Source of the DNA: Macrostomum lignano
Taxonomy: Eukaryota
Reading direction: 5' to 3'
Length of the DNA stretch: 64,000 nt
NCBI GenBank assembly: GCA_002269645.1
Contig: NIVC01001601.1
Coordinates: 310,578 to 374,577 of the forward strand
The translations under genes were made by a program, and so were the position numbers. The notes below the pieces were generated by a model. It saw only the letters and a program-made list of their open reading frames with translations, searched no databases and had not been told where the DNA came from. Of this stretch, positions 39,790 through 59,837 are shown in pieces (within the stretch, counting starts at the first letter, position 1; each line of letters opens with the position of its first letter).

Positions 39790-42517
39790 ATGTCTAAACT
39801 ATTGCAACACATGGTTCTCAAAAGCTTGGCAGCTCTGTTGCTATGCTACTTGATGCCAGTGGAAGCTGCTCAGCTGATGAAGCAGACAGGTGCACAGATT
39901 CGACAGAGCAGCAATGCCAATAAGTCGGTGTTTGTAGTTGCCGACTGGGGCGGAATCGGCAGCAGTCCATTCGTGACGCCCTGGGAGGTGACGACGGCGG
40001 CCGCTATGGACAGTTTGTCCGGCCGCCTGCCAGACGGCTCAGTAGAGGCGGTGTTCGCCCTTGGCGACAATTTCTATTCTTTTGGCGTTAAGAATGTTGA
40101 AGACGATCGCTTTCGAACTACGTTTGAGGCCGTGTTTAATGGGTCTCGGCTCCGGCCGACCCCGTGGTATCTGGTGGCCGGCAATCACGACTGGCTGGGC
40201 AATGCCAGCGCTCAGATACTGTACTCCAAGCGCTCGTCCAGGTGGTAGGTTGGCCCATAAACTACGCAAACGCACGATTTGTGCACAAATTGCAGTACCA
40301 CACCAATGCATTTTCCCACACCCAATGGCAAGCCAATGCACGTTTCCCATACCTAGTCCCACACCTATGGACATTTCTCACACCTATGCACATTTTCCAC
40401 ACCTAGTCCCACACCTATGCGTTTTCCCACACCGATCACCGATGCATAGTACCCACACCTAATCCCACACTTATGCACATTTCCCACACCCCAAACCCAC
40501 ACCGATGCATAATTTCCCTCACCTATGCATAATTTCCCTCACCTATGCATATGTACATTTCCCATACCTAGTCCCACACTAATGCACTTTTCTCACTCCT
40601 AGTCCCACATCTATGCACATTTCCCACACCCAGTCACACCGATGCACATTTCCCACACCCAGTCACACCGATGCACATTCCCACACCCAGTCACACCGAT
40701 GCACATTCCCACACCCAGTCACACCGATGCACATTTCCCACACCCAGTCACACCGATGCACATTTCCCACACTGAATCCCGCACCAACTCGCAGTTCCCA
40801 CACCCAAGCCTTCACATTCCTACACAAATGTTTTCACACAAATATTCACCCTCTCGCCCGCCTCGCCGTCCCCAGGAATTTCCCAGACTACTTCCACACG
40901 AAGGTGATTCAACTCGATGGTATCGGGTGCGCTGCTTTCATCCTGGTGGACACGGTGCTGCTGTCCGAGTCTGCCGAGGCGCTGCATCCCGACGATCTCT
41001 ACAGACCTCCGACGCTAAAAAGCGCCAAGTCCGCGCGTAGGCGCCCAAAACTTACCGATGTTAGCATTGACAAGTACTTTAGCTGGCTGGAGAAACAGTT
41101 GCAGCTGTACTACTCGTGAGTAGTTTAGTTCTGTTTGGGTTTTTTGTTTCACATGTATGTCGATTATTGGTATGTATAGAGTCTGAAATAGTTTTGTAAG
41201 ATCCGTAAGGATTTTGTAGCATCTAGGAAGATTTTGTAAAATTTGGTAAGATATTTTAGGATTTGGGAAGATTTTTTAAGATTTGGGAAGATTTTGTAGG
41301 ATTTGGTAAGATTTTTTAGGATTTGGTAAGATTTTTTAGGATTTGGTAAGATTTTTTAGGATTTGGTAAGATTTTTTAGGATTTGGTAAGATTTTTTAGG
41401 ATTTGGTAAGATTTTTTAAGATTTGGTAAGATTTCGTAGGCTTTGGTAACATTTTTTAAGATTTGGTAAGATTTTGTAGGATTTGGTAAGATTTTTTAGG
41501 ATTTGGTAAGATTTCGTAGGCTTTGGGAAGATTTTGTAGGCTTTGGGAAGATTTCGTAGGCTTTGGGAAGATTTTGTAGGATTTGGTAAGATTTTGTAGG
41601 ATTTGGTAAGATTTTTTAGGATTTGGTAAGATTTCGTAGGCTTTGGGAAGATTTTGTAGGCTTTGGGAAGATTTTGTAGGCTTTGGGAAGATTTCGTAGG
41701 CTTTGGGAAGATTTTGTAGGCTTTGGGAAGATTTTGTAGGATTTGGTAAGATTTCGTAGGATTTGGTAAAATTTCGTAGGCTTTGGGAAGATTTTGTAGG
41801 CTTCGGGAAGATTTTTTCAGATTTGGTAAGATTTTGTAGGCTTTGGAAAGATTTTGTAGGATCCGGAAAGATTTTTTAGATTTGGAATTGTATTATCTAG
41901 GATGATTTCGTGGGGTCTGGAGTAAGTTTGAGAAGCTATCTGGGGCTATGTGGGATCTGAGATGGTTATGTGGGATCTGAGATGGTTATGTGGAATCTGA
42001 GATGGTTATGTGGGATCTGAGATGGTTATGTGGGATCTGCGATGGTTCTGTGGAGTTTCAACCGCAGCAATGGCATTCCATAAGCAGGTATCCCTACCTG
42101 TTCGTGGCCGGTCACCACCCTGTGTGGAGCATTGGGCAGCACGGACCCACTTCCGACCTGGTAAGGCGCCTGGACCCCCTGCTGCTCAAGTACAAAGTGA
42201 ACGCCTACCTGTGTGGCCACGAGCACAACATGCAGCACATTGTGCTCAATGGCACCGATTATTTTGTAGCTGGGGCCGCAGCTCACGTGACCACCTCCAT
42301 GGCTCACATGGGCCTGTTCCCTCCCGGCTCGGTTCGCTATTATTGGAACAAACAGGCCGATTTAGATGGAGCATTTATGACGCTGGGCTTTGGGAGCGAC
42401 TACGCCAATGCTACCTTTGTTGAGGCCGGTAGTGAAGCCCGGCTGCTGTATTCGGCGCGGCTGCCTCGGCGTCGGGTGCACCAGCAGTTCTCTGGATTAG
42501 ACGATGGTGTGCTGTGA
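39790..42517 (+). CDS. ACP5: Tartrate-resistant (purple) acid phosphatase type 5, secreted/lysosomal, 3 exons
   Basis: Exons 39790-40244, 40876-41115, ~42088-42517. Signal peptide plus all metal-ligand motifs: ADWG, GDNFY, AGNHD, VAGHHP, GHEH. The RW|NFP junction is split by intron 1. Confidence 0.92.
40290..40800. repeat. ~29-bp minisatellite (TTCCCACACCCAGTCACACCGATGCACAT), ACP5 intron 1
   Basis: Tandem units visible. Confidence 0.88.
41215..42045. repeat. Two 20-bp minisatellites (ATTTGGTAAGATTTTTTAGG; GGGATCTGAGATGGTTATGT), ACP5 intron 2
   Basis: Tandem units visible. Confidence 0.92.
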
Positions 42518-42599
42518 TTGCTGACTTGTTGTTTTGATACTCTTTTTACTTGGTTGCCATGGTAAACTCCTGGTTGCTGTGCTAAACACCTCTCTCTGA

Positions 42600-43310
42600 T
42601 TGATATGGTAAAATCTTCTGGTTGCTATGGTAAAATCTTCTGGTTGCTATGGTAAAATCTTCTGGTTGCTATGGTAAAATCTTCTGGTTGCTATGGTAAA
42701 ATCTTCTAGTTGCTATGGTAGAATCTTCTGGTTGCTATAGTAGAATCTTCTGGTTGCTATGGTAGGACCTGGTTGCTATGGTAGAATCTTCTGGTTGCTA
42801 TGGTAGAATCTTCTGGTTGCTATACTAGAATCTTCTGGTTGCTATGCTAAAATCTTCTGGTTGCTATACTAGAATCTTCTGGTTGCCATAGTAGAATCTT
42901 CTGGTTGCTATGGTAGAACCTGGTTGCTATGGTAGAATCTTCTGGTTGCTATGGTAGAACATTCTGGTTGCTATGGTAGAATCTTCTGGTTGCTATGGTA
43001 GAATCTTCTGGTTGCTATACTAGAATCTTCTGGTTGCTATGCTAAAATCTTCTGGTTGCTATGCTAAAATCTTCTAGTTGCTATGGTAGAACCTGGTTGC
43101 TATGGTAGAATCTTCTGGTTGCTATGGTAGAATCTTCTGGTTGCTATGGTAGAACCTGGTTGCTATGGTAGAATCTTCTGGTTGCTATGGTAGAATCTTC
43201 TGGTTGCTATGGTAGAACCTGGTTGCTATGGTAGAATCTTCTGGTTGCTATGGTAGAATCTTCTGGTTGCTATGGTAGAATCTTCTGGTTGCTATGGTAA
43301 AAACCTCCAG
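42600..43310. repeat. 22-bp minisatellite (GGTTGCTATGGTAGAATCTTCT) downstream of ACP5
   Basis: Period 22 measured at 42604/42626. Confidence 0.93.
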
Positions 43311-43847
43311 TTGCTAATGCTGTGCATAGTTGGGTTGCTTGGCGATAAATTTGGTGGTAAATTTCAGTTTATTTTGCTCATTAAAATGTTCACAATCTGC
43401 CCCAATCTGTAACTGTTTACCTACCTGATTGTTCTCAGGTCACGGAGTTTTATTATGTTGTTTAATTGATTGTTCTCGTTCATTCGGTTTAATTAGGTCT
43501 GAACCGGGTTAACATATTTCTAAGCTCGTGATTACGTCGCATTATTTTATTGTGCTTTTCAGCCGATACTACTCTAAGTATCGCACGTGCAAGTAGTAAA
43601 CCGCGCTTTCACCCAGCAGTTTTTTGCGATTTAAAAATTCTGCTACTTTATAAATGATTTTTTAAGCAATGGACCAATAAGAATATTACTTAAATCTTAA
43701 ATGTGTACCTGTGTAACGTGTTTATTACGTTTTTTCAGCGATATGCGATGTTCGTTTATTTTAATTGATCTTAAACTGCTCCTGAGAGTTCTGCCTGCTT
43801 CTTTAAAGTTTATCGTGAATTGTTATTTCACTTTGCGACACAAGTAC

Positions 43848-44898
43848 TCAGTGATCCCCAATGCCCCTGATCTCTCAGTGATCCCTAACACCCTGATCCC
43901 TCAGTGATCCCCAATGCCCCTGATTCCTCAGTGATCCCCAATGGCCCTGATCCCTCAGTGATCCCAATGCCCCTGATCTCTCAGTGATCCCTAACACCCT
44001 GATCCCTCAGTGATCCCCAATGCCCCTGATTCCTCAGTGATCCCAATGGCCCTGATCCCTCAGTGATCCCCAATGCCCCTGATTCCTCAGTAATCCCCAA
44101 TGCCCCTGATCCATCAGTGATCCCCAGTGCCCCTGATCTCTCAGTGATCCCTAACACCCTGATCCCTCAGTGATCCCCAATGCCCCTGATCCATCAGTGA
44201 TCCCCAGTGCCCTGATCTCTCAGTGATCCCTAACACCCTGATCCCTCAGTGATCCCCAATGCCCCTGATCCATCAGTGATCCCCAGTGCCCTGATCTCTC
44301 AGTGATCCCTAATACCCTGATCCCTCAGTGATCCCCAATGCCCCTGATTCCTCAGTAATCCCCAATGCCCCTGATCCCTCAGTGATCCCCAATGCCCTTG
44401 ATCCCTCAGTGATCCCTAATGCCCTTCATCCCTCAGTAATCCCCAATACCCCGGATCCCTCAGTGATCCCCAACACCCCTGATCCCTCAGTGATCCGCAA
44501 TGCTTCTGATCCCTCGGTGATCCCCAATGGCCCTGATCCCTCAGTGATCCCCAATGCCCCTGATCTCTCAGTGATCCCTAATACCCTGATTCCTCAGTAA
44601 TCCCCAATGCCCCTGATCCCTCAGTGATCCCCAATGCTCTTGATCCCTCAGTAATCCCCAATACCCCGGATCCCTCAGTGATCCCCAATGCTCTTGATCC
44701 CTCAGTAATCCCCAATACCCCGGATCCCTCAGTGATCCCCAACATCCCTGATCCCTCAGTGATCCGCAATGCTTCTGATCCCTCGGTGATCCCCAATGGC
44801 CCTGATCCCTCAGTGATCCCCAACACCCCTGATCCCTCAGTGATCCCTAACACCCTGATCCCTCAGTGATCCCCAATGGCCCTGCATCAGTGATCCCC
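43848..44898. repeat. 27-bp minisatellite (GATCCCTCAGTGATCCCCAATGCCCCT) upstream of the PYURF acceptor
   Basis: 9-aa periodic false ORFs (PDPSVIPNA). Confidence 0.94.
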
Positions 44899-45005
44899 AA
44901 AAGAAAAATCCATACGTAGATCCCAAAACACCTGCTCCCACACAAATTCAAACACCCAAGCCAACCTTTATCATCTCCATTTCATTATCCCTCAATCCCT
45001 TCCAG

Positions 45006-45377
45006 TTGCAGCTGCTCACTCGGTCCCTGTCTCCTGCTCAGCTTCGGCTGGCTCTGCATCCCCGCAGGCTGTCCACCGCAGCTGAGCAGCCGGAGAAGTT
45101 CGACATCGCCTGTCTGCAGTACCTGGTCTGCCCATTGAGCCGGTGCAGCCTGGCCTACAACCCTGCCCGTCGTGAGCTGGTGTCCTCCAACTTCCAGTTC
45201 GCCTATCCGGTGCGCGGCGGCTCTATCCCGATGCTCAGCCCGCACTATGGCAGGCAGCTGACAGACGAAGAGGTCAGCCTTCTGCAGGCTGGAGCTGCTG
45301 GCTGGACTCTGGTGGCCTCTCCGCCGGTGCGTAGCAACTCGCCTGACAAGGCTGATGGCAGCAACGGAACTGGCTGA
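45006..45377 (+). CDS. PYURF: PREY/PYURF mitochondrial Trm112-like protein; no ATG in this exon, so the start must be spliced on
   Basis: FDIACLQYLVCPLSRCSLAYNPARRELVSSNFQFAYPVRGGSIPML matches the Trm112p-like domain of PREY (FDxxLLxFLVCPLSK..L.Y....ELI......AYPI..GIP.M). It is preceded by an Arg-rich presequence. A strong polypyrimidine tract and ttccag acceptor end at 45005. Confidence 0.85.
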   Translation: MQLLTRSLSPAQLRLALHPRRLSTAAEQPEKFDIACLQYLVCPLSRCSLAYNPARRELVSSNFQFAYPVRGGSIPMLSPHYGRQLTDEEVSLLQAGAAGWTLVASPPVRSNSPDKADGSNGTG

Positions 45378-45479
45378 GCTGGAATTTCATCTCTTACTCT
45401 ACTGGTAGCAACATTTGGATTCACTTTTGAGGGTCCAGCATGAATAGATGTTTAGAAGTCCTTAGAGTTGGGCTGTTTA

Positions 45480-46383
45480 ATCTCTCAGATTTAGGGGTGT
45501 GTTTAAATACTCAGATTTAGGGTGTTTAAATCCTCAGATTTAGGGAGTTTAAATCCTTAGATTTCAGGGTGTTTAATTCCTAAGATTTCGGGGTGTTTAA
45601 ATTCTAAGACTTGGGGTGTTTAAATACTCAGATTTCGGGGGTGTTTAAATCCTCAGATTTATGGTGTTTAAATACTCAGATTTAGGAGTGTTTTAATCCT
45701 CAGATTTGGGGGTGTTTAATCCTCAGATTTCGGAGTGTTTGAATCCTCCGATTTGGGGTGTTTAATCCTCAGATTTCGAGGTGTTTCACGATCCTCAATC
45801 GAGGGTGTTTACATCTTTAGATTTAACATAAAAGGATTTTTAGCATCATTTGAGCTCCACTAGTCGAATTTTGAAGTGTTTAGGTCAATGATTTGCGATG
45901 ATATTTGCTAATAGGTAGGCTTATAAATTAAAAACTTGTCTTTTGTACAAATTCCACTCAATGGCTGCCATTTATAAAATATATGCGTAAATGTGTTACA
46001 CACTGCCCAATGTCTCTGTTCTATTAAATCAGTTCTATAAAACATTGTGTTTTCCTTCAGTTTTAATATCATTTGAGCGCATCAGCTAATCATTTGTCGC
46101 CAAGCTTAGTCACCAAAGCGCCACAGCTGATCATTTGGCGCCAAGCTTAGCCATCTGAGCGCCACAGCTGATCATTTGGCGCCAAGCTTAATCACCAAAG
46201 CGCCACAGCTGATCATTTGGCGCCAAGCTTAATCACCAAAGCGCCACAGCTGATCATTTGGCGCCAAGCTTAGCCATCTAAGCGCCACAGCTGATCATTT
46301 TTTGGTGCTAAGCTTAATCATCAAAGCGCCACAGCTGATCATTTGGCGCCAAGCTTAGCCATCTGAGCGCCACAGCTGATCAT
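45480..46383. repeat. Degenerate ~21-bp array (45480-45810) and 41-bp palindrome-rich array (46070-46383)
   Basis: Period 41 measured at 46118/46159. Confidence 0.85.
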
Positions 46384-46907
46384 TCTGTCACTGGCTTCTG
46401 GCTGAAGCAGATTTGTCTGCAAATTAAATGAAAGCAGGTGTTTCTATATGGTTGGCATTGTCTTTGCAAATTCCATTCGCCTCGGGCAAAGCTTCATTGC
46501 TCTCCGTGTTTCCAACTTGCCAATCTTGCTAATTTACTTGAGCCGGCGGTTTTCCTGTCATCCCAGCCATTTCCTTTCGGGCGAGCAAAAGAAATTCCAA
46601 AGAAGCTATTGAAGTGAGAGCCGGGCGTGCTCCATTGCGCAAGTTCGAGTCTTCACTATTTGAGCAGTGTCTCAGTCAGCCGGCCCCTGTTGTTGACTCG
46701 CATGCAATTACTTAGAGCGGCCACGCCCATGCCTGTGCGATCGGAGCATTTCCTAGCTGTCCTTTTATTTTCCTTCTGCATGAGGAAATCAGGATGCATT
46801 GCTCAACTCAAGATAATAACTGTGTCACCCACCAGCAAGGCATGTTGCATGAGCACATTTACTCGGATTGCACTTCAACATTTCAACATTGAATTATTAG
46901 ATGCCAT

Positions 46908-48014
46908 GACGGTCGCTATACGGTTGCTATACTTGTTGCTATGCTTGTTGCTATGACGGTTGCTATACGGTTGCTATGACGGTTGCTATACTTGTTAGTA
47001 TGACGGTTGCTATACGGTTGCTATACTTGTTGCTATGCTTGTTACTATGACGGTTGCTATACGGTTGCTATACTTGTTACTATGACGGTTACTACGACGG
47101 TTGCTATATTTGTTACTATGACGGTTGCTATACGGTTGCTATACTTGTTGCTATGCTTGTTGCTATACGGTGGCTATACTTGTTACTATGACGGTTGCCA
47201 TACGGTTGATATATTTGTTACTATGACCGTTGCTATATTTGTTGCTTTGCTTGTTGCTATGCTTGTTGCTATACAGTTGCTATATTTGTTACTATGACGG
47301 TTGCTATACTTGTTACTATGACGGTTGCTATACGGTTGCTATATTTGTTACTATGACGGTTGCTATACGGTTGCTATACTTGTTGCTATGCTTGTTGCTA
47401 TACGGTGGCTATACTTGTTACTATGACGGTTGCTATACGGTTGCTATATTTGTTACTATGACCGTTGCTATACGGTTGCTATATTTGTTGCTATACGCAT
47501 GCTCAACGGTTGCTATGCTTGTTGCTATGCTTGTTGCTATGACGGTTGCTATGATGTTTCTGTACAGTTGCTATGATGTTTCTGTACAGTTGCTATGATG
47601 TTTCTGTACAGTTGCTATGATGTTTCTGTACAGTTGCTATGATGTTTCTGTACAGTTGCTATGATGTTTCTGTACAGTTGCTATGATGTTTCTGTACAGT
47701 TGCTATGATGTTTCTGTACAGTTGCTATGATGTTTCTGTACAGTTGCTATGATGTTTCTGTACAGTTGCTATGATGTTTCTGTACAGTTGCTATGATGTT
47801 TCTGTACAGTTGCTATGATGTTTCTGTACAGTTGCTATGATGTTTCTGTACAGTTGCTATGATGTTTCTGTACAGTTGCTATGATGTTTCTGTACAGTTG
47901 CTATGATGTTTCTGTACAGTTGCTATGATGTTTCTGTACAGTTGCTATGATGTTTCTGTACAGTTGCTATGATGTTTCTGTACAGTTGCTATGATGTTTC
48001 TGTACAGTTGCTAT
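46908..48014. repeat. Degenerate GTTGCTAT-based array (46908-47545) followed by a perfect 22-bp array GTTGCTATGATGTTTCTGTACA (~21 copies)
   Basis: Visible directly. Confidence 0.94.
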
Positions 48015-49619
48015 GCGTTCGAGTGCACATTCGAGCAAATTATACTCTCTTCATACATGTACTTGTAGTTGCTATGCCACCCGATTTCCGCGTATAGCAG
48101 TTGATATCCATAATGGTCACCCTCGCAACAGTCGTCATTTTACGTATTTTGCGCCCCTGAATGCACAACACGCGGTCGCGGTAGCACCGTAGCTACATGT
48201 AAATCGATACACAGTTGTTTTCTCGTTTTACTTTTTCTATTCACTGTGACTGGAACTTATCACCATTATATTTATCAGTGAAGCTTTTTCATTTTTACTG
48301 CGCTACTCTTATGTACAACGCAGAACCTGCAGGTTCTTGTACTTTAGGAAACTGTGTCTGCATGTCTCGTTTTTTAAGGTACAAATTGTAACTCAGCGAT
48401 GAAGATGGGTTTAAGTAAAATGAGCTGATCACGTGACATAATAGCTGGATTGGAGACGACTGAGGCACGCAGAGACAGTCTGCGGCAAGATCCCTCTGGC
48501 TTTATAAATCTACTGTAATCTGTTAGTAATACTTATTACTGTGTAAAATGTTTTATCAGTATTATCCGAACTAAATATTACTCTGCTGTTATCTTCCTCG
48601 TCACTCACTCCTTCACCCACTCAATCAATCAATCAATCACTCACTCACTCATTAACTTAATCAATCACTCCCCTTCACCCACTCAATCAATTAATCAATC
48701 ACTCCCCTTCACCCACTCAATCAATTAATCAATCACTCACTTACTCATTCACTCACCCACTCAATCGCTCATTCACTTAATCAACTAACCCATCAATCAA
48801 TCATTCACGCAGTCACTCTCTGCTCATTCATTAACTCAATTATGTGAAACTACATTACTCTCACATCGTTCTTACATATTCATGTAGCATTATAATTAAT
48901 TTATGAAATGAGAAATACAAGGGACAGGTTGATTCTTTCAAGATCATCAAGACGGCCTGAAGTGCTCGCAGCATCTGTGCACATATTCAGCTTCATCTAA
49001 CCTTCGTTCCCAGCTTCTCAGGTGTGATTGGCTCTCAAGTCCGAATTCCTGCACGGCAGTCAGACTGAGAAGGATAAGAAGGAACACAGGTAGCTGTGTT
49101 TTTCCCAAAGCAGCAGACAGGCGAATTTCTTAATTCCCCACCCTTAAAGGCAAATCGAGACTCGCACTCAACAAGGTTGACATTGGAGCCCGAAACTCGA
49201 CACCTGACTAAAATATAAAGTAGCCAGTTAAGATTTAGTCCTGTTGACTTGGCGTTCAACGTGTTCAAGGTGAGTGGAAGCTAGCAAATTAGCACTTTTC
49301 TCGGGCCTTTCAGCTTTTTGCGAGTTTTCGTATGAATAGATGTGACGTTTTTGTCATAAAACTTTGAAAGATATGGAAGGAGGAAAGTAACAGGTGTCAG
49401 TGTGATGAGATGGAGAGAGGAGAAACAAAATACTGGGAGAAAAGAGAGGGTAAAGAGTAGGGGGGAGTTCTTTGGGCCACCCTATTTTTTAGCATTTGCT
49501 ATAAATACTGGTAGACCAGTTGCGCGCCAGAGGGGCGATACCCTTTTCTGTGAGGTGGCTCAGTTAGGCGCCTTTGGATAAACCCTCTCATTCTTCGTTA
49601 ATGTAAGAATGCAACAGGA

Positions 49620-49922
49620 AGGGAGGAGAGAGGTAAGAGGAGATAGGAGGGGTGAGAGGAGAGAGTGAGAGGAGAGGGTGAGGGGAGAGAGGGGAGAGAA
49701 GAGGAGAGGAGAGGGGTGAGAGGAGTGAGAGGAGAGGGGTGAGAGAAGAGAGGAGTGAGAGGAGAGGGGTGAGAGGAGAGAGGAGTTAGAGGAGAGGGGT
49801 GAGAGGAGAGAGGACAGGGGTGAGAGGAGTGAGAGGACAGGGGTGAGAGGAGAGAGGAGTGAGAGGAGAGAGGAGTGAGAGGAGAGGGGTGAGAGGAGTG
49901 AGAGGAGAGGGGTGAGAGGAGT

Positions 49923-49958
<36 letters not shown>

Positions 49959-49966
49959 AGAGGGGT

Positions 49967-50002
<36 letters not shown>

Positions 50003-50045
50003 AGAGGGGTGAGAGGAGAGAGGGGACAGGAGAGGGAAGCGGAGA
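49620..50045. repeat. Polypurine GAGAGGAGAGGGGT-type repeat upstream of CNGB
   Basis: Visible directly. Confidence 0.9.
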
Positions 50046-50253
50046 GGGGGGAGTTAATCCTTCAAAGAGTTATAAATTACAGCAAAAATGCTTTATGCTC
50101 GTAGAATTAATCTGGTACAGAAGTTTTCGTCACGAAATGTCACAGCATCATGAATAAGTGACGAGTGTTATCCTGATTCGCTACTGAGTCAGAATCAGAA
50201 GAAGAAATTCTGCAACATAAATTTTCAATCAAATTCTATTCACAGTGGCGAAA

Positions 50254-58879
<8,626 letters not shown>

Positions 58880-59837
58880 ATGCGAGCCATGGCTTACTCG
58901 TAGTGTAGCTCGCATCTCATATATGACTTATATTTTTTCATATTTGACTCATATTTGCCAGCAAAACTTTTATAGCTGACCTTTCAGTTTTGAATTGATA
59001 CTCATATTGCGATTATTTATATTATTGGTCACACAGATAAATGTGTGCACATTTTTGCAACTTTGGATAATTGAGTGCATATTGTTCGTACACGATTGGT
59101 AATATACAGCATGCAATAGACAGTTACTGGGAGTTTGATAATAGCAACTTGTGTAGTCGCACAAAAAAATTATCCTTGTAAATTTTAGTTCGTCACGAAA
59201 TGTAAGCCATGCGATGCAGTACGAGCGTAAAGTTTTCCACCTCTGCAAGGGAGGCTTATTGTCGCTATGCAAGCAGATTCGGTGGTGTACACTGTGGAGT
59301 ACAGTCAAAATAGGGTACTAAAATAAGGACGGAACAGAGCGGGACTGTTTAATTGTGTTTTTCGTCTCCGCTCAAATCCGCCACGTACATGTACGTACGT
59401 ACAGTAGGTAGAGCGAAACGCCTGCACTAGCTGGATTCAGTCGGAGCAGGCAATGAGGCTTATTGCCTATACACTAGGCTTGGAGAGACGCTATGATTCC
59501 ATGTGTATGCAGCCACTTATAGGTTTGCCTGAAAGGAAGCCTAAACGGGCAAAACACTTGAGACGTGCTTGCTTGGAAGGGCCGTTGGAAATATTTGTAA
59601 GTCTTGTTATAACTTGATTTATATACTCGTATTTAATCCGAATGCACTTTAGATTGAAAATACACAGGTGCATTCGTATCAAGCATGTATTCTTTAGAAA
59701 TCTAATTTGCAAAAAATAGTTTTAAAATACTCGAATGCAAGTTCATATAAAGTTTCAGATGAGGTGAATAACTGCATGTATTCCATTATTAACTGGTTCA
59801 TTTCTAGATAAGTTAACGTCCAACGTAACCAGCTGTC

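Noticed and set aside
45378-45480. PIGY ORF downstream of PYURF, as in the human bicistronic locus
   Set aside because: No ~70-aa two-TM ORF follows; the sequence passes into repeats.
43848-47598. PDPSVIPNA and VAIRLLY repeat ORFs resembling repetitive surface proteins
   Set aside because: Open on both strands or in several frames, with no flanking unique coding sequence or splice support; they are minisatellites.
48322-48337. Perfect 16-bp palindrome AGAACCTGCAGGTTCT
   Set aside because: About one such palindrome is expected by chance in 64 kb.
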